Source: Phyllobates terribilis
Taxonomy: Eukaryota
Reading direction: 5' to 3'
Assembly: GCF_046119375.1 (NCBI RefSeq)
Contig: NW_027362764.1
Location: 394,444,001 to 394,508,000 of the forward strand
Length of the DNA stretch: 64,000 nt
Shown here: positions 37,277-50,060 of the stretch, one piece after another
Numbering within the stretch: the first letter of the stretch is position 1
Layout: each line of letters opens with the position of its first letter
Program-made: the position numbers and the translations under genes
The notes under the pieces: generated by a model
Database searches by the model: none
Told to the model about the DNA's origin: nothing
What the model saw: only the letters and a program-made list of their open reading frames with translations

Positions 37277-37880
37277 GTGACGCTAAGCCAACAGTGTGGG
37301 TGATAGGCCACTCGTATATATATTGGGCAGAAAAAAGGGCGAAAGTCCGCCCAGGCGGGAGGAAATTAGAGTTTCATAACACATATTTCAACTGGAGAGG
37401 TATTAGAGGCCTGCAATGGCCACAGGTACTAATGGAGGTAATCAAGGTAGGGAGAGAGGCAAGAGGTCCAGTCATCTTAGCTATACAGGCCGGGGGAAAC
37501 GCCCTAGGTCATCACAAGAGCGCATAACTAATGGCAATAATGAAACTAGACACTGAGCGCTTCAGAGAATTTTTCACAAAACTAACTATAGTATGGTCAG
37601 AGATTGTGCTGATAGCGGTATGGCAGGGTGCGCAAGATATCACGGCCATCGAACGGACAAGGCGGGTAATAAATATTCGGATGGCAAAATTTAGAAGAGA
37701 CAGAGGCGGTGTAGTGATACGACACCGACAACTGGAAGGAGATAAAGTAGGCCTCATACGGCCCGACGGTGTTCACTTAATGGATATTGAACTGGACATA
37801 TTCCTGTCAGGACTCCAGGACGAAGTGGAACAAGAGTTAAGAGTGATAGATGGGGGTCAGAGTCCTGCATACGAGTACGC
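37277..37880 (+). pseudogene. SGNH/GDSL-like hydrolase ORF of the Ngaro element, one in-frame stop
   Basis: VWVIGHSYIYWA (block I), QAGGNA (block III) and PDGVHL (DxxH). Joins ORFs 37084-37527 and 37531-37905. Confidence 0.8.
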
Positions 37881-38524
37881 AGGATCCACCGTGGCCTGGA
37901 AATAGAAAGGACATGTTGGAGAGTTACACTTGTTGGCCAACTTGCCGGTGTGGAGACACAGGGCATGTTGCAACAAGCTGAATTATTTTAGAAATAAAAT
38001 ACCTTTCTAATGGAATGAGTATAAAGAGTTAATAAAGCTGTGACCGATCCTCACCCATCCAGTTGTAAGAGTTACATTATTGTATTGTCAAGGAAAGGGG
38101 GGCGGTAGGGGGGCTGAGTGTCTGGGTTTGGTTGGGGGTCCCCACAGTCTGCCTAGGCTAGATGCAGTTAAAAATTCTTATAAAATACACAGGCGGTGTA
38201 GCTTGCTTCAGAGCTGGGCTACTACGCTGACTAGCAGATACTGAAGCTTTGGAGCAGACCTCTGAGTAAACAGCTCTTCAGACTCAACCACCTGTGTTAC
38301 CCCAAGCCATAGTGTATGTAGTTTCTTACGGTTAAAAGGGGGGGGGGCGACTCAACCCACCTGGAATTGACGATGCCAACGTCACGTAAAACACAGCAAG
38401 GGGACTCCAAAAAGAGTCTCCATTTTTTCCAAAAATTGTGGCACAGACACCACTTAAGTGGCATCAATTGCCCCAGAGTTGCTTAAAACGGTTGGTGAGG
38501 TGATTTTAGCAAATCCTCAAGCTT

Positions 38525-41500
38525 TTAGTCTCCCCAGGATGACACAGGGGTAGAAAAGTCCTTGCGGATACATGATTTGTTCATCTTTATGAGCGTGAGT
38601 CTGTCTACATTCTCAGTGGACAGCCGCGTGCGCTTATCTGTCAGCACACCACCAGCAGCGCTGAACACACGTTCAGAGAGAACGCTGGCTGCAGGGCATG
38701 ACAAGATCTCCAAGGCGTGAGTGGCGAGCTCTGGACATTTTTCCAGCTTGGAAGCCCAAAATGAGCAAGGGTCCAGTGACACAGTCATGGCTTCGATGTT
38801 CACTTGGAGATACTCCTGTACCATCCTCTCTAGGCGTTGACTATGTGTCAGACTTCTTGTCTCCTGTGGCCTTGCAAAGGATGGTCTAAAAAAGTGGTGA
38901 AACGATTCCACAAAATTGCTGTTACCAGCAGATACTGTGTTACTGTTATGGTTTGAGTGATGAAGACTCGACAGACCCACGGTTGGCAAGTTAGAACTGT
39001 GAGATTCACTACGTGCACCACTGGTGTTTTGTGGAAAATCACATGTAAGATTCTGCTGATACTCCTGCATGCGTGAATCCCTTTCTATGGCAGGAATTAT
39101 TTCGGCAAATTTACTTTTGTACCAGGGATCTAAGAGTGTGGCAACCCAGTAGTCGGGATTACTTGGAATTCTGACAATCCGAGGGTCATGATGCAGGTAG
39201 TGCAGCAAGAAGGCACTCATATGTCTTGCGCATCCAGGAGGACCAAGTCCTTGTTGTGTTGGTAGCGAGGTAAGAATCATGCTTCCTTCCTCTGCCCTCT
39301 CCCCCCAACCTCGCACAACAGAAATGTGGTCAGGGTCTCCCTCATCTGATGAGTCTTCCATGCCCATCGCCAGTACGTCCTCCACTTCTTCCTCGGCTCC
39401 TGCACCTTCCTCAACAGTTTGGCTGCTACCATGCGCCCTGGTTAATCCCTCTCCCCCACCCTCCCATGCCTGCCACCTTGGTGCTGCCGACTGTCTGGAC
39501 CTTGGAGATGTTATCCCTTCCGCATAGGACTCCTCCTCTACTTCCTCCACCTCCTCTTGTCCCACCACCTGACTCCGAATTCTGTTTAACGTGTGCTCCA
39601 GCATGTAAATCACCGGAATAGTCATGCTGATAATGGCATCATCAGCACTAAACATCTTCGTCGCCATTTCAAACCTGTGCAGAAGGGTGCATAGGTCCCT
39701 GATCTGAGACCACTCCTGCAGCGTGATTTGCCCCACCTCTGGATCTCGTTGGCCCAGGCTATATGTCAGAACGTATTGCACCAGGGCTTGTCGGTGCTGC
39801 CACAGTCGCTGCAACATGTGCAGAGTTGAATTCCACCGTGTGGGCACATCGCATTTCAGCCGGTGAACTGGCAGGCCCAACGACTTCTGTAGAGATGTAA
39901 GTCGTTGAGCTGCAGGATGCGAAAGGCGGAAGTGAGCACACAGCGACCGTGCCCTCTGTAGAAGGCCATCTAGTCTGGGACAGTGGGCTAAAAATTGGTT
40001 CAACACGTGAGCCATACAAGGCACGTGTGTGACATTGCCCCGGCAAAGGGCCGCACCGAGGTTTGCAGCATTGTCACACACGGCCTTCCCTGGTTGCAGG
40101 TCCAGTAGAGACAACCATTCATGAAACTGGGTCTCCAGAGTTGACCACAACTCCTCAGCTGTGTGACTCACATTTCCCAGACATTTCAAAGTAAACACCG
40201 CTTGATGCCGTTGAGCCCTACTGCCAGCATAGTAAGGAAGTGTGCAGGATTCCTTCTGCACAGTTAGAAAGCGGGTGGCATTACCAGACAGGCTTTGGGT
40301 TCAGGTGGAGGACTGAGAGGAGATTGAGGAGGCAAAAGCAGTGGAGGAACTTCTAGATAAAGAGGATTGACGCACAACTCGTGGGCATGGCAAGACTTGG
40401 ACAGCAGCCCCTTGTCCTGCTGTCACCACAGTTACCCAGTGTCCAGTCAGCGACATGTAACGTCCCTGTCCATGCCTACTCGTCCAAGTGTCTGTGGTGA
40501 AATGCACCCTGTCACACCCAGAGTTTCTCAATGAAGCGGTGATGTTGTGTGCGACATGCTGGTGTAGCGCAGGCACACCTTTCTTTGAGAAGTAGTGCCA
40601 AATGGGCATCTGGTACTGGGGCACTGCGACGGACATAAGGTCTCGAAAATCCTCTGTGTCCACCAGGCGGAAAGGCAGCATTTCTGTAGCCAACAGCTTG
40701 CAGATGGTGAAATTCAACCTCTTAGCTTTGTCATGGCTAGGAGGAAATGGTCTTTTACTTGTCCACATTTGAGGGACCGAGGGCTGGCTGTTGTGCTTAG
40801 ACGGGGTAGAGTAGGGTGTCCCCTGCAAACTGCCGGTCTGTGAGGAAGATGCAGGCGGAAAAGTTAGGTTGCCTTGATCCAAAGGTGGTGCTCTCAATGT
40901 CGGAGAGCGCTCAACACCAGCTGGTGTTTCCACTTCTAAATGAAATGATGACCTGCCAATCACACTGGCTGTTGCGGGTAAAGAGGTGGCAGGTCTGCGT
41001 CCAAAAACATGTGTGACTGCTGTTCCCCCAGTACCCACTAGGCCACACTGTAGCACAGTGAGCTTCCCACTGCAACTTATGCTTCATATCCATGTGACGG
41101 TTAATGCATGAAGTACTCAAACTATGGATTTTTTGGCCTCTACTTAGCTTTGTGTGACAAATATTACAGATAACACGAGTTGGGTCATCCTTATCAATCT
41201 GAAAAAATGCCCAGGCTATGCAAGGCTTAGAGCCCATGCGACCTGAAGAGCCACCACGACTTGTCGTCAGAGGCAGAGTTGTGGTTGAGGATGCAGTTGT
41301 TGACATGCTTCCAGTACTCTGTCTCTGTCCAGGAACGCGCAACCTGACCTCGTCGTCAATAGCAACCTCCTCCACCTCCTCTGCTGACCTCATCGACTGG
41401 CTGACTGTGGGTTGACATTAAGTGGGATCTCCATCCTTGTCATCATCACCCTGTGTGTTCTCACACCCGTCGTCCTCAGAGCCAACCTCTTCCTGCCCTG

Positions 41501-42055
41501 ACCGAAAAGTCAAGTTGTCGGTCCAATCAGGTATTTGAGTCTCATCATCGTCTTCCGATTTTGTCTCCACCAACAGGAGTTACAGTTTTGGAATGAGGGT
41601 CTACATTATGCTCAGAACCTTCTTCATCTGGTCCTGGATCCGACTCATAAAGATTCTGGGCATCAGTGCAGATCATTTCCTCATCTGGATTAACAGAAGC
41701 TCTGGAGCAGACCTCCGTTTCCCAGGCTATAGTATGAGTAAACAGCTGTGCAGACTCAACCATCTGTGTTACCCCATACTCAGATGGGCAGCTGGAGACT
41801 TGGGAGCTGTGAGGAAGCAAGTGCGATTGGGGTGACACCTCTGAGGACTGGAGTATTTGTGACGTTGAAGTTGAGGTGGAGGAGAGCCCACATGAAGGAG
41901 CACTTGATCTCCGTTGAAGCACCTGCTGTTTTTGTGCCTCATCTGGAATTTGTAGCCATGGGCGTGTCCGTAAGAAAGGGATCGTATCACATTGTCCACA
42001 AAAAGAAGTAGACATCTTAGTTTGGCTGGAAGATGGTCTTTCTTCTGCAGATGTT
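38525..42055 (-). pseudogene. hAT transposase of element B, N-terminally truncated and frameshifted
   Basis: BED finger (AWAFF..CNIC..RHMDMKH), TTDTWTS, CDNAANL, CMAHVLN, DVPTRWNST, SERVFSAAG. ORFs 38525-40261, 40301-41056, 40911-41393 and part of 41545-42456. Confidence 0.92.
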
Positions 42056-42439
42056 ACTCCCCCCCACCGCGGGGCGGCTTGACCCACCAGTGCACAGGCA
42101 CCAGCATTGGAAGAGGGGGGCTGGCCGTCAGGGTCCACCGCGGCTCTGGCACAAACCCGGCGACACGGAGGTCGCACGGGCAGGAACGGACTGGCCATGT
42201 CGGCTTCGCACTCCAGCGTAGTTCCTCTGCCCGCTCGCGCCCATAACCTCAAAGGGATGCGCAAGCAGCTTTTCTTCCCAGGGCTGTTCCCCGCCCAGCA
42301 GGAACGTGGGGGAGCCCAGGTCGGCCTTCCACTGTACTCCCTTACCTCCCTCGCCCCCTTTCCTTCTTCTGTTCTCCATCTAACCCCTTGGCTCTGTTGT
42401 GTCCGATCTCCCTCCAGCTCTCTCCTTCTCACAGGTGGA

Positions 42440-42960
42440 CTACCGCGTGTATTCACACTGTGGCAAATCTTTTGGGCCCAGGCATAAGAAGTTGTCGGGG
42501 TAATGGATAATATGTGCTCACTTAGAAACGTCCATTACAACCCATTCGAGGAAGCAACTAAATGCCTCAAATAGTGAGCAGGATCTCGACCACCCCATGG
42601 GGAAAAAGCGATCTATATAGTATGCTCCTTCCCAGAAGCAGCCCAATAGGTGGACACTATTCGGAGGCACAGGTAGTAAGTAACCGGAACGCCGCATCAA
42701 TGTCTGTTTTGGCCATTAGGGTGACCCTTCCCAACTTCTTGATCCACCTGATTGCCTTGTCAAAGGATGTACAGTATATACTACTGTACTTGGTTCCGCG
42801 TCGATGTTGTCGTTTACTGGCCTGTCCATTGGATATGACAAATTGTGGATTAGTCCGAATGTATTGGGTTCCGTTTTTGGCACAACTCACAACGGGGATA
42901 CCATTACGTCTTGTAAGGAAAGTGTTCTGAATGGAACCGCCATTCTACCTAAAGATATTT
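42440..42960 (-). pseudogene. DIRS/Ngaro reverse transcriptase fragment
   Basis: LGRMAVPF..VSPL*VVPK..LIHNLSYP..SFDKA..LMAKTDIDAAFRLL..HLLG..YYIDRFFPMG..HYPDNFLCLGP (degraded YLDD). Confidence 0.85.
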
Positions 42961-43866
42961 ATTTTTTTAATTTTCTTGTCACGACGTCTGGGTGTTGGTA
43001 GACTGCTTTAAGATTTTTACTCCAGCCTTTCTTGATTTTAGAAGGGCATGACATGCCTATATCTGTGTCTCCCCCTCCTTTTACTCTTCCACCTCTTTTC
43101 TTTTCACTTGACTATATGTACTTGTCACTTTTCCATGTGTTAGTTGTGTCTTCTGAGCACTTTGTCAGCTTTTGGACACCTTCGAAGGTGTTTTCTATGT
43201 GTTTCTATGTGTTTTTGTTTGCTTGCCATTGGTTTTAACGGTGTTGGACGGTGTTCGACGAACAGTTCGACGAACCAAACCCGAACACTACGGGGGTGGC
43301 TCAACTCTACTAATAATAATTAGTGATGAGCGAACATGATCGCCACTGCTCAGTACTCGCCCGAGCATCACTGTGCTCGACAGGCTCGGCGAATATTTCT
43401 GGGTTGACCGGGCGGGAACTCAGGTCCCTGCCCTGCATGTTTGGCGCTCTTTAGAGAGCTAATGAACATGCAGGGATTGCCTGCCACACACTGTAATGCA
43501 GTAGCCATGTTGGTTGTGGGCATTACAGTGATTGGCTGGCCGCACAGCATCATCAGGTCTATATAAGACGTAGCGCCGCTATGCTCGTCACAGTCTACTC
43601 CGAAATCAGGCAGAGTAGAGAGATGCTGCTGAGTCAGGGAGAGATTTGCTTGTTTATAGATAGTATAGGTATTCTAAAACATATATATATATCCAACTGA
43701 ACTAACAGTTCATCTGAGGACTAATCCAGCTGCATATATTCAGAGGTGATAGCAGGAGTTAGGCAGGCAGGCAGGGTATGTGGCATACTGCAGTGCATAA
43801 TATAGCACAATAGGGTCCATTGAATGTCCTGTTAGTATAGGTATTCCACAACATATATACATATAT

Positions 43867-43901
<35 letters not shown>

Positions 43902-45531
43902 CAGTACAGACCAAAAGTTTGGACACACCTTCTCATTTAAAGATTTTTCTTTATTTTCATGACTTTGAAAATTGTACATTCACACTGAAGGCATCAAAAC
44001 TATGAATTAACACATGTGGAATTATGTACTTAACAAAAAAGTGTGAAACAACTGAAAATATGTCTTACATTCTAGATTCTTCAAAGTAGCCACCTTTTGC
44101 ATTGATGACTGCTTTGTACACTCTTGGCATTCTCTTGATGAGCTTCAAGAGGTAATCACCGGAAATGGTTTTCACTTCACAGGTGTGCCCTGTCAGGTTT
44201 AATAAGTGGGATTTCTTGCCTTATAAATGGGGTTGGGACCATCAGTTGTGTTGTGCAGAAGTCAGGTGGATACACAGCTGATAGTCCTACTGAATAGACT
44301 GTTAGAATTTGTATTATGGCAAGAAAAAAGCTGCTAAGTAAAGAAAAACGAGTGGCCATCATTACTATAAGAAATGAAGGTCAGTCAGTCCAAAACATTG
44401 GGCAAACTTTGAAAGTGTCCCCAAGTTCAGTTGCAAAAACCATCAAGCACTACAAAGAAACTGGCTCACATGAGGACCGCCCCAGGAACGGAAGACCAAG
44501 AGTCACCTCTGCTTCTGAGGATAAGTTTATCCGAGTCACCAGCCTCAGAAATCGCAGGTTAACAGCAGCTCAGATTAGAAACCAGGTCAATGCCACACTG
44601 AGTTCTAGCAGCAGACACATCTCTACAACAATTGTTAAGAGGAGACTTTGTGCAGCAGACCTTCATGGTAAATTAGCTGCTAGGAAACCACTGCTAAGGA
44701 CAGGCAACAAGCAGAAGAGACTTGTTTGGGTTAAAGAACACAAGGAATGGACATCAGACCAGTGGAAATCTGTGCTTTGGTCTGATGAGTCCAAATTTGA
44801 GATCTTTGGTTCCAACCACCGTGTCTTTGTGCGACGCAGAAAAGGTGAACGGATGGACTCTACATGCCTGGTTCCCACCGTGAAGCATGGAGGAGGAGGT
44901 GTGATGGTGTGGGGGTGCTTTGCTGGTGAAACTGTTGGGAATTTATTCAAAATTGAAGGCATACTGAACCAGCATGGCTACCACAGCATCTTGCAGCGGC
45001 ATGCTATTCCATCCAGTTTGCGTTTAGTTGGACCATCATTTATTTTTCAACAGGACAATGACCCCAAACACACCTCCAGGCTGTGTAAGGGCTATTTGAC
45101 CAAGAAAGAGAGTGATGGGGTGCTATGCCAGATGACCTGGCCTCCACAGTCACCAGACCTGAACACAATCGAGATGGTTTGGGGTGAGCTGGACCGCAGA
45201 GTGAAGGCAAAAGGGCCGACAAGTGCTAAGCATCTCTGGGAACTCCTTCAAGATTGTTGGAAGACCATTTCCGGTGACAACCTCTTGTAGCTTATCAAGA
45301 AATTGCCAAGAGTGTGCAAAGCAGTCATCAAAGCAAAAGGTGGCTACTTTGAAGAACCTAGAATATAAGACATATTTTCAGTTGTTTCACACTTTTTTGT
45401 TAAGTATATAATTCCACATGTGTTAATTCATAATTTTGATGCCTTCAGTGTGAATGTACAATTTTCATAGTCATGAAAATACAGAAAAATCTTTAAAAGA
45501 GAAGGTGTGTCCAAACTTTTGGTCTGTACTG
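43902..45531 (+). mobile_element. Tc1-like transposon, DD38E (Intruder type)
   Basis: TA flanks; ~200-bp TIRs starting CAGTACAGACCAAAAGTTTGGACAC; inserted in a (TA)n tract. Confidence 0.95.
44316..45368 (+). pseudogene. DD38E transposase with a single late nonsense codon (TAG 45288-45290)
   Basis: WSDESKF, QQDNDPKH, SPDLNTIE, with 38 residues counted between the second D and the E. The frame continues after TAG as LIKKLPRVCKAVIKAKGGYFEEPRI* to 45368. Confidence 0.9.
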
Positions 45532-45543
45532 TATATATATATA

Positions 45544-47121
45544 CACTACCATTCAAAAGCTTGGGGTCATTTAGAAATGTCATTATTTTTTAAAGAAAAG
45601 CACAATTTTTTTCAGTGAAGTTAACATTAAATGAATCAGAAATACACTCTATTCATTGTTAATGTGGTAAATGACTATTCTAGCTGCAAACATCTTGTTT
45701 TTATTACAATATCTACATATGTGTATAGAGGCCCATTTCCAACAACCACCACTCCAGTGTTTTAATGGTACATTGTGTTTGCTAACTGTGTAAGAAGGCT
45801 AATGGATGTTTAGAAAACCCTAGAAAACCCTTGCACAAGTATGTTAGCCCAGCTGAAAACGGTTTGGCTGATTTAAGAAGCTATAAAATTGACCTTCCTT
45901 GAGGAAGTTGAGAATCTGGAGCATTACTTTTGTTTGTTCTATGAAACTCTCAAAATGGCCGACAGTCTATTCTTGTTCTTAAAAATGAAGGCGAGAGATT
46001 GCCAAGAAACTGAAGATTTCCTACAACGGTGTGTACTACTCCCTTCAGAGGAGAGCACAAACAGGCTCTAACCAGAGTAGAAAAAGAAGTGGGAGGCCCT
46101 GCTACACAACTGAGCAACAAGACAAGTACATTAGAGTCTCTAGTTTGAGAAATCGACGCCTCACAGCTCCTCAACTGGCAGCTTCATTAAATAGTACACC
46201 AAAACGCCAGTGTCAACGTCTACAGTGAAGAGGCGACTCCGGGATTCTGGCCTTCAGGGCAAAATGGCAAAGAAAAAGCCATATCTGAGACTGGCTAATA
46301 AAAGGAAAAGATTAATATGGGCAAAAGAACACAGACATTGGACAGAGGAAGATTGGTAAAAAGTTTTATGGACAGACGAATCAAAGTTTGAGGTGTTTGG
46401 ATCACACAAAAGAACATTTGTGAGACGCAGAATAACTGAAAAGTTGCTGGAAGAGTGCCTGACTCCATCTGTCAAGCATGGTGGAGGTAATGTGATGGTC
46501 TGGGGTTGCTTTGGTGCTGGTAAAGTGGGAGATCTGTACAAGGTAAATGGGATTTTGAATAAGGAAAGCTATCACTCCATTTTGCAACACCATGCCATAC
46601 CCTGTGGACAGCTCTTGATTGGAGCCAATTTCATCCTACAACAGGACAATGACCCACAGCACACCTCCAAATTATGCATAAACTATTTAGGGAAGAAGCA
46701 GGCAGCTGGTATTCTATCTGTAATTGAGTGGCCAGCGCAGTCACCAGATCTCAACCCCATTGAGCTGTTATGGGAGCAGCTTGACCGTATGGTACGCAAA
46801 AAGTGCCCATCAAGCCAATCCAACTTGTGGGAGGGGCTTTAGGAAGCATGGGGTGAAATTTCTCAAGATTACCTCAGCAAATTAACAGCTAGAATGCCAA
46901 AGGTCTGCAACACTGTAATTGCTGCAAAGGGAGCATTCTTTGACGAAAGCAAAGTTCGAAGGAGAAAATTATTCTTTCAAATAAAAATCATTATTTCTAA
47001 CCTTGTCAAGGTCTGGACTATATTTTCTATTCATTTTGCAACTCATTTGATAAATAAAAGTATGAGTTTTCATGGAAAACACAAAATTGTCTGGGTGACC
47101 CCAAAATGTTGAATGGTAGTG
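45544..47121 (+). mobile_element. Second DD38E Tc1-like transposon, degraded
   Basis: TIRs CACTACCATTCAAAAGCTTGGGGTCA / TGACCCCAAAATGTTGAATGGTAGTG. Transposase remnants at about 45955-46960 (WTDESKF, QQDNDPQH, SPDLNPIE; 38-residue spacing) with stops and frameshifts. Confidence 0.9.
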
Positions 47122-47505
47122 TGTGTGTGTGTAAATATATATATATATTCAGTATATATATCCATCTTAGCTAACAGTCCTTCTGAGGACTAATACAGCT
47201 GCATATAATCAGTGCTAGGTAGGCAGGCAGTGTATGTGGCAGACTGCAGTTTATGATACAGCACAATAGGGTATATTGAATGTCCTGTCTGCTGCTGCTG
47301 TAATAATTACAGATATTTGTAGACATAGCCCCAGATATCAGGGGCCCGGGCAAATTTTTTTTTATCTTAATCCTGTTATTTGCTTAAAAAGCAATCCAGA
47401 GTACACCATTTTTCTGCTCCATTTGCTTGTTCCAGATCTGTTCCATATTTCAGCGATAAAAATACAGAAATTTAAACTGAACGTGGAAAATATTGGCCTC
47501 CTTTT

Positions 47506-48250
47506 CCATTCTGTTGCAGTGTGTCGGTCAAGCTATTCACACTAGGTGTCTGTGAAGAATAGTATTAGTAAATTACAGGCCTGCTATTTAAAACCGTGGT
47601 TCTCTGTCAGACATATCACCTATAAGACTGTTCCAAAATCAGACATTTCTTCCATTTCCATTCTGTTGCAGTGTGTCGGTCAAGTTATTCACAGTAGGTG
47701 TCTGTGAAGAATAGTATTTGTAAATTACAGGCCTGCTATTTAAAACAAAGGTTCTCTGTCAGACATGTCACCTATAAGAGTGTTCCACAATCAGCCATTT
47801 CTTCCATTTCCATTCTGTTGCAGTGTGTCGGTCAAGCTATTCACACTAGGTGTCTGTGAAGAATAGTATTAGTAAATTACAGGCCTGCTATTTAAAACCG
47901 TGGTTCTCTGTCAGACATATCACCTATAAGACTGTTCCAAAATCAGACGTTTCTTCCATTTCCATTCTGTTGCAGTGTGTCGGTCAAGTTATTCACAGTA
48001 GGTGTCTGTGAAGAATAGTATTTGTAAATTACAGGCCTGCTATTTAAAACAAAGGTTCTCTGTCAGACATGTCACCTATAAGAGTGTTCCACAATCAGCC
48101 ATTTCTTCCATTTCCATTCTGTTGCAGTGTGTCGGTCAAGCTATTCACACTAGGTCTCTGTGTAGAATAATATTATTAAATTACAGGCCTGCTAATTAAA
48201 ACCATGGTTCTCTTTCAGATGTATCACATATAACTGTGGTTCAAATCCAG
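47506..48250. repeat. Satellite in hAT-C: 152-bp monomers in alternating A/B form (304-bp dimer)
   Basis: CCATTCTGTTGCAGTGTGTCGGTCAAG at 47506, 47658, 47810, 47962 and 48114. Diagnostic variants CTATTCACACTAGG / TTATTCACAGTAGG alternate. Confidence 0.93.
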
Positions 48251-49319
48251 CCATTTGTAGTGAATGTGGAAAATATTGTCCTCTATTTATAGATTGGAGC
48301 AGTGTGTCAGTGTATACCATTTTACAGCTCCATTTGCTTGTCCACAGAATACAGCCAGATTTTTTTAGTTCTATTCATATTACAGTATAGTGGAAGCAGA
48401 GGAACTTTTTTCAATGATCAGACGCACGTGATCCATATGACTGCCATAATAATACAGAAATTTTGTGGAGTGTGCCAAATATTCCACTCCTTTTAAAGTC
48501 AGCCACCTGTGTTTTGTTGAACCAATTGACACCTGGTCGCTGACAAATACCATACCATTAGGCGACTGCCTGAAACCGTGGCCATCAGATGTTATCCCAT
48601 ATGACTGCCCTAATAATCCAGCAATTATTGTGAGCGTGTCAAATGTTACACTCCATTTAAAGTATTGCAGTTGAGGGTTCAAACCTATTCTCGGTTTGCC
48701 GCATATCTGTGAACAATGTTGTCAGAGTATTACGCCACTTCTGCGGACTGACAAAAAAAAACATAAAAAAAAAGCTAAAATGGAAAAAATGTTAAGAAAC
48801 ATTCTTTCCAGGGTAATGACTTGTATATAAGGCCAAAGAAATAAAAAGGAATAAAGTTATGGACTGTGGAAGACATTCATGCGAGCAGAATGAACACTCA
48901 TGTGTAGCTGGTGATGATACCACCTAGCAGCAGCACCTGTTCCAATTGTAAATGCATCTGACAGCATTATCAATAGGTAATAGAATTGATTTTAAATTTT
49001 TTTTGGCAGCACCAGCAGCACGCAGTATAAGGCAATAATTCCTGGCTGGATCGGTGTATCCATACTTCGATACCTCACCCGTAAAAAAATTTCAGATAAG
49101 ACAGTTAGTATTCTAGAACATAGAATCTATTTGAATTGTCCTTCCCATTATTAAGGAGTGTGTCTCCTATACTGTTATTGCATATGCAACAATTTCAAGG
49201 TCTGCCAAAAATTAGGACGCACTCCAATGCACATTTGAAGAGACGTAAAAAAAAATAAAAACACCGTAGGATCTTTCTTTAGAATAAAATAACAGACTTG
49301 CCAATGTAACCTCAATGTA

Positions 49320-49590
49320 ACCACATTGTTCAGCTTCTGCACCTCCTCCTCCAGTTCAGCCTCCATCTCCAAAATGACCACATCAGTCACAAGCTGGAAG
49401 CACTGCAACACTACCTTGGCCAAGGGGCAACAGGCTGTGCTGAAGATAATATGCTTAATGCTTAGGTGACAAACTGGCCACCGCTGCAGAGTTGTTGAAA
49501 GCTGTAACACAGCAGCCTGATCTGTGGCTCTCACCACTGAACATACAGCAAGGCATGGTCATGTGTGACAATGGGCGGAACCTGGTGGCA
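49320..49590 (+). pseudogene. Short sense-orientation remnant of hAT-C transposase
   Basis: Plus strand reads ..TTSVTSWKHCN..GMVMCDNGRNLVA, matching hAT-A transposase around 30440-30680. Confidence 0.7.
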
Positions 49591-49930
49591 GAGAAATGAC
49601 AACTGAAGTAGATACAGTTTCCCTCTATGCCAGTACTTTCACCGAGCTAAAGAATATAGCTGTGGTGAAATACAACTCTCACCGAGAAGCAGTGTCAGAG
49701 TGAGAAACATTGAGTCCACCACAGGATTTGATTCTGAGGGCCCACCTTTCTCCCCCGCTCAAGAGCCCCATAGCTGCTGCAAAGTTTGCGCTATTATGAA
49801 CTCTGCTGATGGAGAAGCCAGGTCCCACCCGAGGATTCTCTGGTGGGCCTGTAAAACCCTCCTGAGAAGCAGCCCTGGCTAGGAAAAGTGTGTGGGAAAG
49901 TTCCTGGACACTCTATGGCTGCTTTTTTAC

Positions 49931-50060
49931 TGAGGGGAAAACCCACGCAAGCGCGGGTAGAACATATAAAATCCTTGCAGATGTTGTCTTTGGTGGGATT
50001 TGAACCCAGGACCCCAGCGCTGCAAGGCTTCAGTGCTAACCACTGAGCCACTGTGCTGCC
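49931..50060 (-). mobile_element. V-SINE 5' portion (tRNA-derived head)
   Basis: Minus strand GGCAGCACAGTGGCTCAGTGGTTAGCAC...GGTTCAAATCCC...TGCGTGGGTTTTCC, with A and B boxes. Confidence 0.85.

Larger units (their letters stand above)
35960..38100 (+). mobile_element. 3' part of a Ngaro-type tyrosine-recombinase retrotransposon (RNase H, YR, SGNH hydrolase, 3' end)
   Basis: Domain order RH-YR-SGNH, followed by AATAAA at 38031. An extra SGNH ORF is known from fish and amphibian Ngaro-type elements. Confidence 0.85.
34881..43309 (+). mobile_element. hAT element B (8429 bp), rearranged composite
   Basis: TIRs TAGAGATGAGC / GCTCAACTCTA; perfect TSD CTAATAAT (34873-34880, 43310-43317); promoter-like CATTGG and CTATAAGA at about 35253-35290 reading rightward. 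Confidence 0.93.

Noticed and set aside
41545-42456. 303-aa ORF as a novel fusion protein
   Set aside because: A chance read-through from an unclassified GC-rich fragment into the truncated transposase N-terminal region. It has a GTG start, and the downstream transposase is frameshifted.
48380-48682. Protein-like ORFs on both strands suggesting a captured host exon in hAT-C
   Set aside because: The region is a degenerate ~163-bp tandem duplication (48428-48500 versus 48591-48663), which explains the pattern without coding.
49990-50060. tRNA gene
   Set aside because: The A and B boxes continue directly into V-SINE body sequence, so this is a SINE head, not a tRNA.
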